Counted from the first letter of the stretch, positions 13,017 through 26,078 are shown. The stretch: 64,000 bases of DNA from Octopus sinensis (GCF_006345805.1 NC_043000.1:5270001-5334000), one strand, 5' to 3'. Notes: generated from the sequence alone by a model not told the origin. Translations and numbers: made by a program.

Positions 13017-13992
13017 TATTTCTATATATTGAATCACATTTAAATAGTTGGGTAGTTTTATTCTTCAATCAAATTCTTTTGTTGTTTTGTGTTGCTGTTG
13101 TGAATAGTGTTGTTGTTGTTGTTGTTGTTGTCGGTGTTGTTGGTGATGGTGGTGATGGTGGTAGTGGTGGTGGTATGAAATTGGTTAACTTCAGGATATA
13201 ATCTTTGGTCCAGTTTGAACATTATTACGAAATATGTTTTCCTTGTAAAGTGGAAAGGCTGGCAAAAGTGTATTTGAAAAGATCAGTAGGTTCCATGAGC
13301 CAGAAATAATCTTTGTTGAACTCCGAGGAATATTTTTTTCTTTTTTTATAATTTATATAAACAAAGAACTTTTCTTTATTTTTTTTTTTTATTAAAATGG
13401 AAAATTCTATCATCACTATCTTTTATTAAAAAAAAGCATCAATCATCAACCTAGTTATCACCACTAGCAGCACTGTCAACTTCATTATCGCTTTTAATTA
13501 ACCTGATCATCATCATCATCGTTGTCATCATCATCATCATCATTTCACCATTTGTTATTTAATTAACAAGTTGGTTAACAAGGAAAAAATCAGATCAAGT
13601 CAGATGAAAGAAACCAACTTAATCACTTAAATCTGGTTCTCTTGTAATAATGTTTCCAAGCACCTTCTTTGAGGTCTCTTTTTACACTGAGAGAGAGAGA
13701 AAGAGAGAGAAAGAGAGAGAGTACCTTAATTTATGACACACTTATAGAAACGTTTGTAATCATCCCCAACAGTACAACTATAAATATTAATTCAATAATA
13801 GCATCGTTAAATTATATTTCTTTTTATATTGTTGTTATTTGTTGTCTTCCTGTCAAAATTTGAAAACAAATTTTTAAAATAACTTCCCCGACCATGATAG
13901 ATAAAATTCTTAAATTCTGTTTTGCCTACCATGTTTGGCTAAAATTTGGCACTGATCTAAGAAAGTGCCATGATTATTATCATCATTACCTA

Positions 13993-14185
13993 AGGTGGCA
14001 AGGAATCATTAGCACGGTGGGAAAAATGCGTAGTGGTATTTCATCCATCTTGGCATTCTGAGCTCAAATTCTGCCATGGTCAACTTTTCCCTTCATCCTT
14101 TTGGGGGTTGATGAAATAAGTACCAGGGAAGCACTAGGGTCGATGTAATCAACTAGTCCCCTCCCCCAAAATTCAGGCTTTGTGT
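13993..14185 (+). mobile_element. Family C SINE (tail type 1)
   Basis: gagctcaaattc B-box, cttcatccttttgggg core, ccccaaaattcaggc tail. Confidence 0.75.
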
Positions 14186-14270
14186 CCAGTGCTGGATTAA
14201 CCCTTAAGCAAAATAAGTATGTACTTAGGGCATCAAGAGAAGGGTAGGCACCACAGAAATTGTAAATTCA

Positions 14271-14502
14271 AGGCAGCGAGCTGGCAGAAACGTTAGCATG
14301 CCAGGCAAAATGCTTAGTGGTATTTCGTCTGCCACTACATTCTTAGTTCAAATTCCACCGAGGTCAACTTTGCCTTTCATCCTTTCGAGGTCGATAAATT
14401 AAGTACCAGTTATGCACTGGGATCGATATAATCGACTAAATAGCTTTGTCTGTCCTTGTTTGTCCTCTCTGTGTGTAGCCCCTTGTGGGTAGTAAAGAAA
14501 TA
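14271..14502 (+). mobile_element. Family C SINE (tail type 2), probable TSD agaaattgta
   Basis: ggcagcgagctggcagaaacgttagc head, gttcaaattcc, gcctttcatcctttcgaggtcgataaa, tail ccccttgtgggtagtaaagaaata; agaaattgta at 14255 and 14503. Confidence 0.9.
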
Positions 14503-14529
14503 AGAAATTGTATATATCTATGCATACGT

Positions 14530-14740
14530 TCATGTTCGTCCCCCACTTCCACTTGACAACTAGTGTTGGTTTGTTTACGTCCCTGCAATTCAATGGCTTG
14601 GCATAAGAGACTCATAAATTAAGTACCAGGATTAAAAAGAAAAATAAGTACTTCTCTTGACTCATTTGACAAAAAAACCTTTCATGGCTATGCTCCAGCA
14701 GGGCCACAGTAAAACGACTGTTACAAGCAAAAGATAAAAA
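14530..14740 (+). mobile_element. Family A 3' module, diverged
   Basis: cttgacaac..gtttacgtccc..gctccagca; another 3' module at about 14997-15190. Confidence 0.7.
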
Positions 14741-14867
14741 GATATTCCACATTCTACTATTTGAAATGAAGACAGGAGACATGTGAAAATGTGGTGCTTG
14801 ATATCGAAGAAGAAGGACGGCTACAGCTGGGAAGCTTTCAATCATAGGGTTGACTAAACAACAACTT

Positions 14868-14967
14868 NNNNNNNNNNNNNNNNNNNNNNNNNNNNNNNNN
14901 NNNNNNNNNNNNNNNNNNNNNNNNNNNNNNNNNNNNNNNNNNNNNNNNNNNNNNNNNNNNNNNNNNN
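14868..14967. other. Assembly gap (100 N)
   Basis: Run of 100 n; the round number suggests a placeholder of unknown true size. Confidence 0.99.
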
Positions 14968-15780
14968 AAGCAGTGAACAAACACACACACATACACACCG
15001 CTTGACAACCAGTGTTGGTGTGTTTAAATACCTCATAACTTAGCAGTTTGGTGAAAGAGCCTGATAGAATAAGTATCAGACTTTAAAAAAAAATAATAAA
15101 TAGTCCTGAGGTCAATTTGTTTGACTAAAACCCTTCAAAGCAGTGCACCAGCATGGCCACAGTCAAGTACTGAAAGGTGAAAGAGATACAAGAGATGGAA
15201 GATAAGTATTGTTATCTCGTACTCTAACAACTCCACCGACTCCACCACCTTTATACAAGAAATAAACAGACATACCATGTTATCTTGAAGATGAACTGAG
15301 CTGATTTCGCTGTGAGGTGTGAAATAAGCTTAATGTTTCAGGTGGTAGCTCTTTTTCAAGAGAGAGAGAGAGAGAGAAATAATACATAAAAGTAATGTCA
15401 CTTTGGTCACAAAACTGTGAACTGCTCACAACAAATCAATTCATCAAACTCTTCTCTGTACACTCCTATGGATTAATTTTTGCTGACAAATACTGCCACC
15501 GTTCTCTTCAGATCTGGGATTTTAATGTATTTATCCTCGTGTTGTGTCTTCGAACAAGCAAAGTTCAATGAGACAAATTTGAGATGATGAAGAGTCAGAC
15601 AAATATAGATAACATCTGTGACAGTGTGACAGATAGATTTCAAGACGACAGATTTAACACTAATCCAACAAAGAATTTATATATAGTATAGCTAGTTTAA
15701 CTTGCTCAAAGTAATAATCTGTGCATGCATGTGTGTGTCACTCACACACACACATGTGTGTGTATATATATATATATATG

Positions 15781-15950
15781 AATAAAAAATGGACTTAACG
15801 CAGGTTTAAACAAGTATTTTTACTTTCTACATATGTTTCGAAAATTCCACTGATACTATTCAAAAGAGTAAAAGGTATAAACAATGCAATCTTCTCTTCT
15901 TTGTTATTTTTCCGTGTTAATTGTTAACAAGGTAAAATACACTCATCTAT
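15781..15950 (-). mobile_element. Penelope-like terminal-repeat fragment with a degenerate hammerhead
   Basis: Minus strand aagaaga-gaagattgca..tggaattttc-gaaa-catatg-ta; flanked by (TA)n on both sides. Confidence 0.5.
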
Positions 15951-15951
15951 T

Positions 15952-15985
<34 letters not shown>

Positions 15986-16454
15986 TATAAGGCCACTTAG
16001 AAGACTTCAATGACAATAGGGAGATGATTAAGTTAGATGACTCGTGCTGAGATGGAAAAGAAGGGCAGAATCAAGAATTGGATGTGCACTGTGACCAGCG
16101 GTATGTAACAACATCTGGCCATCAGACAGACTGATCAATACAATGATTCAGTAATGTGTGTGTGTGTGTGTGTGTAATAATTTTTCGCTTAAGCATAACC
16201 ATACTAATAACTTGGTGCCAGGACTCAATATTGCTTAGGCTGCAGAATAAAACATTAGCTGTGTACAGAGTTTAATATGAAATTAAATAAATGACAGAGG
16301 AAAGGGAAATAATGTAATGAAATTCATTGGGCTACTGCTGTTTCTGCTATAAGACACAGTACCCTTAGAGATGAGTGTTTGTGCATCATCTTAGAGCTTC
16401 TTCAGAGCTTCTACAATGAAGTACAAGTTTATTTGGGAAAGCATCTACATATAA

Positions 16455-16875
16455 GGCATAGGAGTGGCTGTGTAGTAAGTAGCTTACTTACCAACCACAT
16501 GGTTCCAGGTTCAGTCCCACTGTGTAGCACCTTGGGCAAGTGTCTTCTACTATAGCCTCGGGCCAACCAAAGCCTTGTGAGTGGATTTGGTAGATGGAAA
16601 TTGAAAGAAGCCCGTCGTATGTATGTATATATATATATATATATATATATGCGTGTGTGTGTGTGTGTGTGTGTATAAGTTTGTGAGTCTGTATTTGTCC
16701 TCCCCAATATTGCTTGACAACCGATGCTGGTGTGTTTACATACCCGTAACTTAGTGATTCGACAAAAGAGACCGATAAGCACTAGGCTTACAAAGAATAA
16801 GTTCTAGGGTCGATTTGCTGGTGCTCCAACATGGCTATAGTCAAATGACTGAAACAAGTAAAAGAGAGTAAAGAG
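16455..16875 (+). mobile_element. Family A SINE, full-length
   Basis: Same head, CORE-like segment, microsatellite and tail as 12607. Confidence 0.9.
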
Positions 16876-16994
16876 ATATATTGATGGTGACGTTTTCTAT
16901 ATAAATGGTGATTTTTTTCTTCTATGTTAAATGCATTCTCAAATAAGTGTGCACTTTATTTTAGAAGCTACAAGGTGATGCACAAGCACACATG

Positions 16995-17158
16995 ATGGGC
17001 TTCTTTCAGTTTCCATCAACTAAATCCACTTAGAAGGTTTTGATAGGCCCAAGGCTATAATAAATGAAACTTGCCCAAAAGGGCTGCACGGTGGGACTGA
17101 ACCTGACACCACATTGTTGGGACGAATCCATCTTAACCACACAACCATACCTGCACCT
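16995..17158 (-). mobile_element. Family A head, inverted relative to the 16455 copy
   Basis: gggcttctttcagtttccatc..gtgggactgaacc. Confidence 0.8.
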
Positions 17159-17779
17159 TTGTGTGTGTGTGTGTGTGTATGTGTGTGTGTGTGAATGCAC
17201 TGATATTCTTACATGGAGCAGCAAGTGCATCCAAGGAGCAGAAGCTCTGAATATTGATGGCAATTCAGCTTTAGACAAATAAATAAACTTTATTTTCCCT
17301 CTTCAGAAGTACACTCACTTTTATTTAAACACCTAGGCATACCTATATGTACACACATACATACATACATACATGCACACATACATACATACATACATAC
17401 ATACAAATGTACATACATACATGCACACATACATTTTCACACAAAGATTCAACAGTAGAATTTGTGGAGGAGAAATTCAAAGTTGCTGCCTGACTGAGAG
17501 CTTCCTGTTACTATTCTGGTCTCTAATACTAAAATATAACAGAATGTCAGAAAGTCAAAATCTGCAGCACAGAGAATGGCGCCAACTGATGTGCTTATTC
17601 AGAGAATAAATTCGGGGAGAATTCCTAAGTGTTACACTGGACCTATCTTCATTCAACTCTTAATACTCTGTTATCTGTGTTTTCTTTCGTAGCAACTGCT
17701 GATAACCTAGAATTAACAATAAAAGGATATGTGTGTAAGCATGTATCTCTGTGCCTGCCTGAGCTGTGTGAATATGAAA

Positions 17780-17798
17780 TGATACACACATATACACA

Positions 17799-17834
<36 letters not shown>

Positions 17835-18235
17835 TATAAAGATATACATATATATATATATGCATATATATATATACATGCATATATATATGTATATATA
17901 TATATACATATATATATATATGCATATATAATATACATATATATATATGCATATATACATACATACATATATAATATACATATATATATATATATACATA
18001 TACACACACACACATATATATATACACACATATATATATTATATATATATATATTATGTATAAATGTATAATTTATATATATAAATATATAAATATATAT
18101 ATAAATATATAAATATATATATGTGTGTGTATGTATGTATGTATGCATATTTATATGTGTGTGTGTATATGCATGTGTGTATGTATTTATATGCAATATG
18201 TACACATATACATAAATACATATGTATGTATGCAT
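17780..18235. repeat. (TA)n-rich microsatellite field
   Basis: Directly visible. Confidence 0.95.
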
Positions 18236-20539
18236 GTAGCAGCTAAGAAAAAAGCTTGGTTTGTTTTACCCAGAAGACAACACTGAATAATACATGATTC
18301 AACGGTGTGACTCACACTGCAAGCAAAGTAGGTAGACATTATATAACACTTGATACTAAATTACTAAATGACTAAATGATGTACTTAATCCTCTGGAGCT
18401 CTGGAATCAACCTACTAATTTCAGTAACTTCTACAGGAGTACATTGTAGATACTATACTGCCTTCCATGTCAGAAACTCTAGTGGCTTCTCTACAAAGAA
18501 TCCACATTGTTTTCTCTATCTCTATTTTCACCGACAAGTTCTAAATTCTGCGAGCTTTGCTTTCATGTTAGTTTTGAGATAATCACTCTCAGAAATCGAT
18601 GAAAATGCTGACTCACATTCAAAGACATTATTGCAATGTTTTTCTTTATTTTTTCTTTATTTTTTTTTTATTTCAGTCTTCTACCCTTATCTTCGTTTTA
18701 AATTATTACATCATCGTGGTTATCATCGTCAGATGGTGATGTCTAACTGACTGATATGTCAAAGGAGCATTGAACTACAAGCTGAATGATTGGTGGCTCG
18801 TATCCTATCGATCATTCCTATGTAGACTGAAGTGGACACAGCATAGCTGAACTGAACAGTTAAGTGGTTTCTTAGCAACAATGAGGTCGTGAGTTCAATC
18901 CTCCTATGTGGCATCTTGGACATGTGTTTCTTATCATCCCCTCAGGTTGAACCAAATTTTGTAAAGGAAACTGAGTATATAGAAACTTTGGGGAAACAGG
19001 GTTGCCTTGTCAGCCTTATAGCTCTCATGCATTGAAATGCACAGGGGGTGGGGACTATAGTATTTTTTTTTTTGACAACAAATCTCAACATGCATAGTTT
19101 AGCATTGAAGCTCTTTAACATAAAGACCCTTTGGGCAACTGGTCAGTATACCGATGTACCGATGCTTTAAGACATCACTATATGGAAGTCCAATGGATAG
19201 ATTGTACTGACCAGTGTACTCATGCCCTTTGTAGCAAACCAGAACATATATAGTTTAGCAACTGGTCAGTATACTATATGGAAATCCAATGGATAGATTG
19301 TACTTGTGATTAAAGGTCCAATATTGTTTCACGGTGTCACACTGATTCTGACCAAGAATTACATTGTACACATGTATGTGGAGTATGTAGCCATTAATAT
19401 ATTAAATTATTGAACTCATTGATACTCCTGGTGTTCAAACAACTGAAAACTCAGCATTGCTGAAATTGATGGACATCTACATATTTTTATTTACTTACAG
19501 CCAGTATTGATTGCCAAAGCATTTAACAGGACATAGTTTCTTATCTATATATATATATATATAAAAAAAACAGCCTTTTCACATACACATAACATGTACA
19601 AAAGAGACTCACTACAAAATGGCTTTTTTGGCAAGATACAACAGAAGTTAACGAGCAGAGGAAATATCAGAGGAGTGTATATTGGATATGATTGAGTGGG
19701 TGTGAGCCGCAATGCATATAATTAGTTACTTTGGAAATAGGTGGACTCAGATGCTGAGTATTAAGTACCATGTTGATGGACACCATACAGTGTCAATGTC
19801 AAAAACAAAGATCCACCACTCACAGGCAGCTGTTTCATTAGTTAACCTGTTGACTTGGCAATTAGCACTCTCATTAGGTATGTAAATGGTTATCCATACC
19901 ACATAGTGACCAGCTCTTAATGTGCACGAGGATTTTAATGGAATTGGTCACTAATTCTGAATGAAATTCCAGTCAATACAGGATTTCTACTTCTTCATTT
20001 GTAGAGAAATGAGTAGCTGGGATGGCTTTGGGTGCATCCGTTTTTTTTTTGATTAGTTAAACTATAGTAAGAGCATAATCTGTTATAAATTAGCATTCTT
20101 AAAGCACTAATTATGATAGAATTAATCCCTCTTTGAACTTCACTCAGTTGTTGCTAATGATCTCCCACTGGATTCATTATTAGAATAAAATGTTAATGAA
20201 ACTATTTCAGAAAATAAATATGTATGTTTATCCATGTGTATACATATGTCGTGCATATTTGTGGATATATGCTACAAATTTAAAGAATTATTATTCAAAT
20301 GTTGGCAAAAACGGCTCATGACATATTTTTCCAACACTTTTAAGTTCTAAGTTCAAATCCCATTGCGACCAGCCTTGTCATTTTGCCATTCATCTCCCTG
20401 GGGTCAATATGACAAAGTATCACCCGTGTTGAGATTGCTCTTATTGGCTTAATTCCTCCCCTCAAAATTGCTGGTCATGTGCTGAAAGCAGATCATGTGT
20501 GTGTGTGTGTGTGTGTGCATAGGTATATGATATATACTG

Positions 20540-20775
20540 AGGAGGTATGTGGCTTAGGATGTTGACCCATCATCTAAAGATTGTGGTTTCATATTCCTGG
20601 AGCAGGTGATGCACTGTGCTCTTGGACAAAACACTTCATTTCATGTGGCCCCAGTCCACTCAGCAAGCAAAAATGAGTTATCCTGTGACAGACCAGGGCC
20701 CTATCTAGTGGGGAAATATATGCACCATAGACACCAGGAAACCAGCCCTACGGGTCTATATGACTCAGGAAGACT
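20540..20775 (+). mobile_element. Family D tRNA-headed SINE, diverged
   Basis: Homologous to 35346-35600 (caaaacacttcatttca..ccagtccactcagc). Confidence 0.75.
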
Positions 20776-21367
20776 CTATATATTATATATGTATTTGTGT
20801 GTGTGTGTGTTGGTTTGTATGTACAATTAGCTTTACAGTCTTCAGAGAACAAGATAATAGTTGTATTGTGATGTTCATGCCTTCCACAGAAGTGTTAGTC
20901 ATGCATGGAACATGGAGTAGCTTCGGAGCAAAGTCAAATAACAAGACATAAGCTCAACAGAACCTCTATTCTAGGAACTTTCTACACACACACACATACA
21001 CACACACACACACACACATACATACACATGTATGAAACTGACTTGATACAGGTTACTTGGAATACATTAATATGTAGAGCTAATTAATTGCTCTCAGCCC
21101 AAGTTACAGAAAACAACCTTTAAAATCCAATGAAGATCCCGCACAACACCTGGCTTTCATATGTCTAATGAAGCAATGATATGCTCTCAAGTTCAAATCG
21201 GAAGCTGTGGAGATGATCTTGGCATCCGGAAGAAAGTATAGGAATACATTTCTCACAATCCATCTCTCAGTTTGGTGGTGAAAGAAGTAGATCAAGATGG
21301 TTAGGCAAATTACAGAATATAGTATTTGCAATGAGCCGCATATTTGCAACCCATGTGGTATGAAACA

Positions 21368-21655
21368 TCAAGGAGAGTGCCGTGTATTCATAGCCAGAGT
21401 TGCCTCAGCAGAATTGTAGGCCCACGAGCCTACAATCAATGCACTGGGCCCTATATGGGTGGGTGGGGGTGGGGGGTCAGAATAGTTCCTGGCTTTAAAG
21501 ATATTGTGAAAGACCTAGTTGGAAGCCTAACCTTCTGAGTTCTTTTAGAAAAACTGAAGGGAGAATTGTTGAATAAAATCATAATTAACTGATCCTCCTG
21601 TATATTTTTCTTACCCAAAGCCAGGAACTTTTCAGCCCCAACCCCTCCTAGCATT
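21368..21655 (+). mobile_element. Unclassified repeat, possibly a DNA-transposon remnant
   Basis: caagg(a)gagtgccgt start and gttcctggc..aa..gacct..aaccttctg segment match the reverse complement of 36206-36300. Confidence 0.5.
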
Positions 21656-21821
21656 TATTTATTGACAGTAAGCCACAACATAGATAGGTCTAAATTGAGC
21701 CCTAGACTGAAGAGGCCTTTGGGTAACTGCCAAATATTCCCATACCTTGAGACAGTTCCTGCTCATGGCTACTGTACTGTGGATAGTCATATACACATTT
21801 ATTGACTTGACCTGTTCTTTG

Positions 21822-22228
21822 TAGTGGCTGTGTGGTAAGTAGCTTGCTAACCAACAACATGGTTCCGGGTTCAGTGCCACTGCATGGCATCTTGGGCAAG
21901 TGTCTTCTGCTATAGCCCCGGGCCGACCAATGCCTTGTGAGTGGATTTGGTGGACGGAAACTGAAAGAAGCCTGTCATATATATGTATATATATATATAT
22001 ATGTGTGTGTGTGTTTGTGTGTCTGTGTTTGTCTCCCCAACATCGCTTGACAACCGATGCTGGTGTGTTTACATCCCCGTCACTTAGCGGTTCAGCAAAA
22101 AGAGACCGATAGAATAAGTACTGGGCTTACAAAGAATAAGTCCCGGGGTTGATTGGCTCGACTAAAGGCGGTGCTCCAGCATGGCCGCAGTCAAATGACT
22201 GAAACAAGTAAAAGAGAGAGAGAGAGAG
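21822..22228 (+). mobile_element. Family A SINE, full-length, low divergence
   Basis: Close match to other full copies; tail gtaaaa(ga)n. Confidence 0.9.
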
Positions 22229-22394
22229 TAACCATATCTTTCTCAATATATTCCTTAATATCATAAACACTTTTACTGTGGAAATCAGACCCATCCCCTC
22301 AAAAGTTTATTAACCTTAACTGCAGAAAGCAGTTTTATATACTGATCTATCTTTTGATGAGCAATGTCATGTTTGAACCTATTTTATATCTTTT

Positions 22395-22520
22395 ATTTTG
22401 TATCTTTTACTTGTTTCAGTCATTAGACTGTGGCCATTCTGGGGCACTGCCTTAAAACGATTTTAGTCAAACGAATTGATCACAGTACGTTTTTTAAAGA
22501 CTAGTACTTATTCAATTGGT
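22395..22520 (-). mobile_element. Family A 3' module, inverted
   Basis: ttttacttgtttcagtcattagactgtggcca. Confidence 0.75.
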
Positions 22521-23259
22521 GTCTTTTGCAAAACTACTTTTAAGATAAGTTCATTGACCCGACATGACTTGAAGAAAATACCAATTCTATTATTTGGTAG
22601 ATATTTAACATCATTACTGAAATAACCTCAAAAATAAAATTTTATAGTTTTAGGGTTAACACTTTTCTGACCATGCTTTTTTAAAGAACATACTACCAAT
22701 TCATTGCAGAGAATTTTCAAACTAAAGAATTATTTGAAAAGGCTTAGTAAATTAATTGTAACTAATTATAATTATAATTAAACTGGTATCTAGAATTTAT
22801 CGATGATAATGATGGTGATGATGATTATGATGATGATGATGAAGAGGAGGAGGAGGAGGATGGTGAGAATGATGATGATGATGATGATAATGATGATGAT
22901 GGAAGGACAAATATTTACCTACTGGAACTTCGTATTGTAATTTACGTAGAAACAATATATTGTTTGACATTTCAATTTTATAAAAGAAAAGGACACTTTA
23001 AATACAAATGGCCTCTGGATAGGATGGCAAAACATGAGACCAAAGGGAACATTTTAGGTTGTGTGACGGTATTATACGGCTTAAAATAACCTCAGCTGAT
23101 GTCATATAAAAGCACCCAGTACACTCTAAAATCACCAGTGTTAAGAAGGGCATCCAGCTAAAAGAGGCAACTGGAGTTTGGTGCAACCCTCCAGCATGCC
23201 AGCTCCTGTCAAACAGTCCAACCCATGCTAGCATGGAAAATGAGTGTTAAATGATAATA

Positions 23260-23297
<38 letters not shown>

Positions 23298-23305
<8 letters not shown>

Positions 23306-23595
23306 GGCTGTTGCCAGCACCGCCTTGGCTGGCTTCTGTGCTGGTGGCACGTTAAAAGCTCCAACCGATCGTGGCCGATGCCAGACTCCCCTGGCACCTG
23401 TGCAGGTGGCACGTAAAAAGCACCCACTACACTCGCGGAGTGGTTGGCATTAGGAAGGGCATCCAGCTGTAGAAACTCTGCCAGATCAGACTGGAGCCTG
23501 GTGCAACCCCTGGCTTCCCAGACTCCGGTTGAACCATCCAACCCGTGCTAGTGCGGAAAACGGACGTTAAACGATGATGATGATGATGACGATGA
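23298..23595 (+). mobile_element. Family B copy flanked by (TA)n
   Basis: Two monomers, core and (gat)n tail; an older diverged copy lies at about 23110-23260. Confidence 0.9.
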
Positions 23596-23940
23596 TATAT
23601 ATATAAATTATCGAAATATTCCACTGACGACGGGAATGAATTTGTATAATTCTAACCCAGAAACCCATCCAAAATTAATTGATTTTATTATTTTTCTTCT
23701 TTTTGCTAAAGTGAGTTACAAATATTCTTATCTGTGGAGTAATATCTGTTGTAAAAAGAAATGAGCTGTCTTTGGCTGCTATTTCTAAATTTTCGGTATG
23801 TGGTGAAGCAACTTGTTGCTTAACCCTTAATTATTTTTATGTATAAAAAAACTTTTTGTAAAAAGTTCCTCCCGATAATGGTTCTCTTTCCATACTGAAA
23901 CTACTTGGTAAAATTAAATAATTCTTTACCCTTATATTTG

Positions 23941-23989
<49 letters not shown>

Positions 23990-24277
23990 ATATAAACATA
24001 TGTGTGTGTATGTAAACATACATATATGTATATCTATACACACGTACATGCATGTATATTAAGTTACTTTGAAGTTACATTGAGTGAGTTTTACATATTA
24101 AAGTATACAAACGTATGTGAATTTATGCTCCTGCTACAATGGGCTTGAAATGAAAACTAAGCTGAGAGGTAAGTTAATAGAGTTCATTGCTGAAAGTTCT
24201 GAGAAAACTGCAGCTGCAAAAGGCTATCTTTATGCTACATCACTGGTATTTGTTAGCTCATCTGCTGTCTGTGTTAC

Positions 24278-24324
24278 CACTACTGCTGCTGCTGCTACAG
24301 CTGCTGTTGCTGCTGCTGCTGCTG

Positions 24325-24364
<40 letters not shown>

Positions 24365-24365
24365 A

Positions 24366-24402
<37 letters not shown>

Positions 24403-24430
24403 TACTACTACTACTACTTCTACTACTGCT
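24278..24430. repeat. (CTG)n/(CTA)n trinucleotide repeat
   Basis: Directly visible. Confidence 0.95.
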
Positions 24431-24939
24431 TGTAGCGGCTAAATATGCATGTTAATACAACTTGGTGCTAAGCACTGATTGGTTGCTAGAAATAGCTGAT
24501 GTATAATGTTACTGCCCCAGCTCTTGCCATTAGCTTGCACTGCTGTCAGTGACTAGGCATACCTAGGGATACATTCGATGGCTGTAAGTCAAATCTCTGA
24601 GTACATACTTCCCTCGCTGGCATACCACTGCCATAGTCTTCCATTTACTCTGAGATTAACTATATCTACATCCATACTGCCTGCTGCTATTAATCTCATT
24701 CCAATTTTGGGTCAGCAGTACCACTCTGGTGAGAAACTGTGGATATAGTTGTTGTTTGTCTAAACCAAAGATATATCAGGACCATAGAGAAAAAAATGTT
24801 AAAATTTCTGGTGTGCACGGTTTGCAATGCACTTTTGATTTCTGGTTGTAGCTACACCCATTTTACTTATTATTATACCATTAATCCAGCCATTTTCTCT
24901 GCCCACTACACCTAGGAGGATTGGGAAGTTAGAGTTCCT

Positions 24940-25020
24940 AGGTACTTCCCCCATAGGTCATATCAGAAGAATCCGTTGTAACACTTTCAGGCCAGATTCT
25001 CAAATGTGACCAAATGAGAT
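24940..25020 (-). mobile_element. Highly decayed RTE LINE C-terminal remnant
   Basis: Minus frame SFGHI*ESGLKVLQRILLI*PMGEVPR resembles the RTE FGHI..RILL..P.G..PRG motif. Confidence 0.4.
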
Positions 25021-25021
25021 T

Positions 25022-25706
25022 CTCTCTCTTTTACTCTTTTACTTGTTTCACTCATTTGACTGCAGCCATGCTGGAGCACCGCCTTTAATCGAGCAACTCG
25101 ACCCCGGGACTTATTCTTTTTGTAAGCCCAGTACTTATTCTATCGGTCTCTTTTGCCGAACCGCTAGGTAACAAGAACGTAAACACACCAGCATCGGTTG
25201 TCAAGCAATGCTAGGGGGAGCCTGGTCTGGTGGTACGTAAAAAGCACTATCCGACTCGTGGCCAATGCCAGCGCCGCCTCGACTGGCTTTCGTGCCGGTG
25301 GCACATAAAATACACCAATCCGACCGTGGCCGTTGCCAGCCTCGCCTGGCACCTGTGCAGGTGGCACGTAAAAAGCACCCACTACGCTCACGGAGTGGTT
25401 GGCGTTAGGAAGGGCATCCAGCTGTAGAAACATTGCCAGATAAGACTGGAGCCTGGTGCAGCCTTCTGGCTTCCCAGATCCCCGGTCGAACCGTCCAACC
25501 CATGCTAGCATGGAGAACGGACGTTAAACGATGATGATGATGATATACGACAGGCTTCTTTCAGTTTCCGTCTACCAAATCCACTCGCAAGGCTTTGGTC
25601 GGCCCGAGGCTATAGTAGAAGGCACTTGCCCAAGGTGCCACGCAGTGGGACTGAACCCGGAACCATATGGTTGGTAAACAAGCTACTTACCACACAGCCA
25701 CTCCTA
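25022..25706 (-). mobile_element. Family A SINE whose microsatellite is replaced by a family B insertion (25219-25543, +)
   Basis: A tail 25022-25218, B element, then A head 25546-25706. Confidence 0.85.
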
Positions 25707-25707
25707 T

Positions 25708-25795
25708 CCAACAAATCCATTCATAGTCTACTCCTAAGTCTCCAGCCAGATTGCTTCACCTGAAGAATCTGTCTAGCAATTCCATTAATGTACTT
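25708..25795 (-). mobile_element. Decayed RTE LINE C-terminal remnant
   Basis: Minus frame GIARQILQVKQSGWRLRSRL resembles ARQILQAKPTGRRPRGRP. Confidence 0.45.
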
Positions 25796-25904
25796 GGAAC
25801 AAAAGTAGAGCATCACAATTTATATTTATAATTCTATAGCATTGCTAAGACTGATTACTTAGCTATGTATACATCTTAACAAATATCAAATAATTTAGTA
25901 TAGA

Positions 25905-26078
25905 GGTGCAGGAGTGCCTGCGTGGTAAGTAGCTTGCTAACAAACCACATGGTTCTGGGTTCAGTCTCACTGCATGGCACCTTGGGCAAGTGTCTTCTAC
26001 AATACATATTAGCCTCAGGCTGACCAAAGCCTTGTGAGTGGATTTGGTAGACAGAAACTGAAAGAAGCCCCTTGTATG

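Noticed and set aside
15500-15575. Plus-strand exon IWDFNVF resembling a phosphodiesterase motif
   Set aside because: Stops after 19 codons, with no convincing donor or companion exons
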